A DNA stretch of 64,000 bases from Terriglobia bacterium (lineage in GTDB: Bacteria > Acidobacteriota > Terriglobia > 20CM-2-55-15): the NCBI GenBank assembly GCA_965218585.1, contig CBDCLE010000026.1, positions 192,001 through 256,000 of the forward strand, in the 5' to 3' direction. Position 1 is the stretch's first letter. The number at the start of each line of letters is the position of its first letter. The notes beneath the pieces are model-generated. The model worked only from the letters and a program-made list of their open reading frames with translations. It made no database searches and was not told the DNA's origin. Below are positions 63,390 to 64,000 of the stretch, piece after piece. A program made the position numbers and the translations under genes.

Positions 63390-63510
63390 GGGCTGTGGGA
63401 ACTGTGCGGACGCCGGAGGTGTTCCAAGGGCCTGTGGAAATCATCAAGAAGAAGCCGCCGAAGGCGACCGATTCCCCCGATTTCCATAGGCCCGGCAGTT
63501 TCCACAGCCC
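63390..63510 (-). other. Structured three-way-junction motif, copy C
   Basis: Minus strand GGGCTGTGGAAACTG/CAGTTCCCACAGCCC; GGGCCTATGGAAATC/GATTTCCACAGGCCC. Confidence 0.7.
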
Positions 63511-63599
63511 CCGTCGCCCGCTGAAATTGAAGCGGGCTCCAGTTCACGCTGGAGCCCTAGACCTGAGTCATCAGTTATTCAGTTATGGAGTTGAACCCA

Positions 63600-64000
63600 A
63601 TGTCTACAGATCCGAATGAAAGCGTACCATCAGAACAGATTTCTGAATCCACAAAAACACAGATCCAGACCCTGCTGGCCTCCGGGCTGGCCGATCTGAG
63701 CCTGCGCGAGGTACTGGGGACCCTGTTGTCGGGCCTCAGTGTGGCCGAACGGGACCTGCATCTTGAACACCGCCCCGACGACCGTCCCAATGGTTTTTAC
63801 GATCGCTCCCTCCAAGTGGGCAGCGTTCCGATCGATATCCGTGTCCCTCGAACCCGTAACGGGGATTTCCGTCCCGCGAACCTACCATCCCCGTATCAGC
63901 GCGGCTACCCTGAAGAAGTCGAGTCCATCTTGCTGGGACTGCTGGCCTCATCCCGTTCGGTCAATGCGGCCCGGGAGGCGCTTCAGAAGATGGGCCTGTC
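63600..64000 (+). CDS. IS256-family transposase type C, 3' end beyond window
   Basis: MSTDPNE...AERDLHL...PNGFYDRSL..G...IRVPRTRNGDFRP. Confidence 0.8.
   Translation, partial: MSTDPNESVPSEQISESTKTQIQTLLASGLADLSLREVLGTLLSGLSVAERDLHLEHRPDDRPNGFYDRSLQVGSVPIDIRVPRTRNGDFRPANLPSPYQRGYPEEVESILLGLLASSRSVNAAREALQKMGL

Noticed and set aside
1-64000. CRISPR array, rRNA or prophage structural genes
   Set aside because: No regularly spaced repeat-spacer units, rRNA-like stretches or virion gene motifs were seen by eye.

Overview
GC-rich bacterial DNA, probably Acidobacteriota or similar (inferred from gene content), in three blocks. (1) 1-~23,970 is a defence/mobile island. It holds a Bil-type ubiquitin-like operon (Ubl, E2, JAB, E1; the E1 runs off the left edge and is absent from the ORF track), a divergent XRE-HTH plus IrrE/CapP-type peptidase plus ExoI-like operon, a RosmerTA-like pair, MazEF, conjugation remnants, a type IIG/MmeI-like R-M enzyme, a HEPN protein, IS1380 and IS3. 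It ends at a tmRNA-3'-like att sequence and a terminator. (2) ~24,150-39,800 is core-like: phoD, esterases, a PQQ dehydrogenase, Bcr MFS, amidase-GerMN-rph-rdgB. (3) From 39,828 a tRNA-Pro(TGG) broken after the anticodon arm is followed by an integrase pseudogene, nested IS elements (IS1 with cargo, IS256, IS1380, IS6, IS1182) and a PspA/polyamine-synthesis/K+ channel cluster. Highlights are a Bil E2 with Trp at the presumed catalytic Cys, an ExoI coupled to the CapH/CapP-like regulator, and a covarying three-way-junction motif shared by the 3' ends of unrelated IS elements. Several single-base frameshifts, including one in rdgB, suggest sequencing indels. All family assignments are from motif recognition, not database searches.
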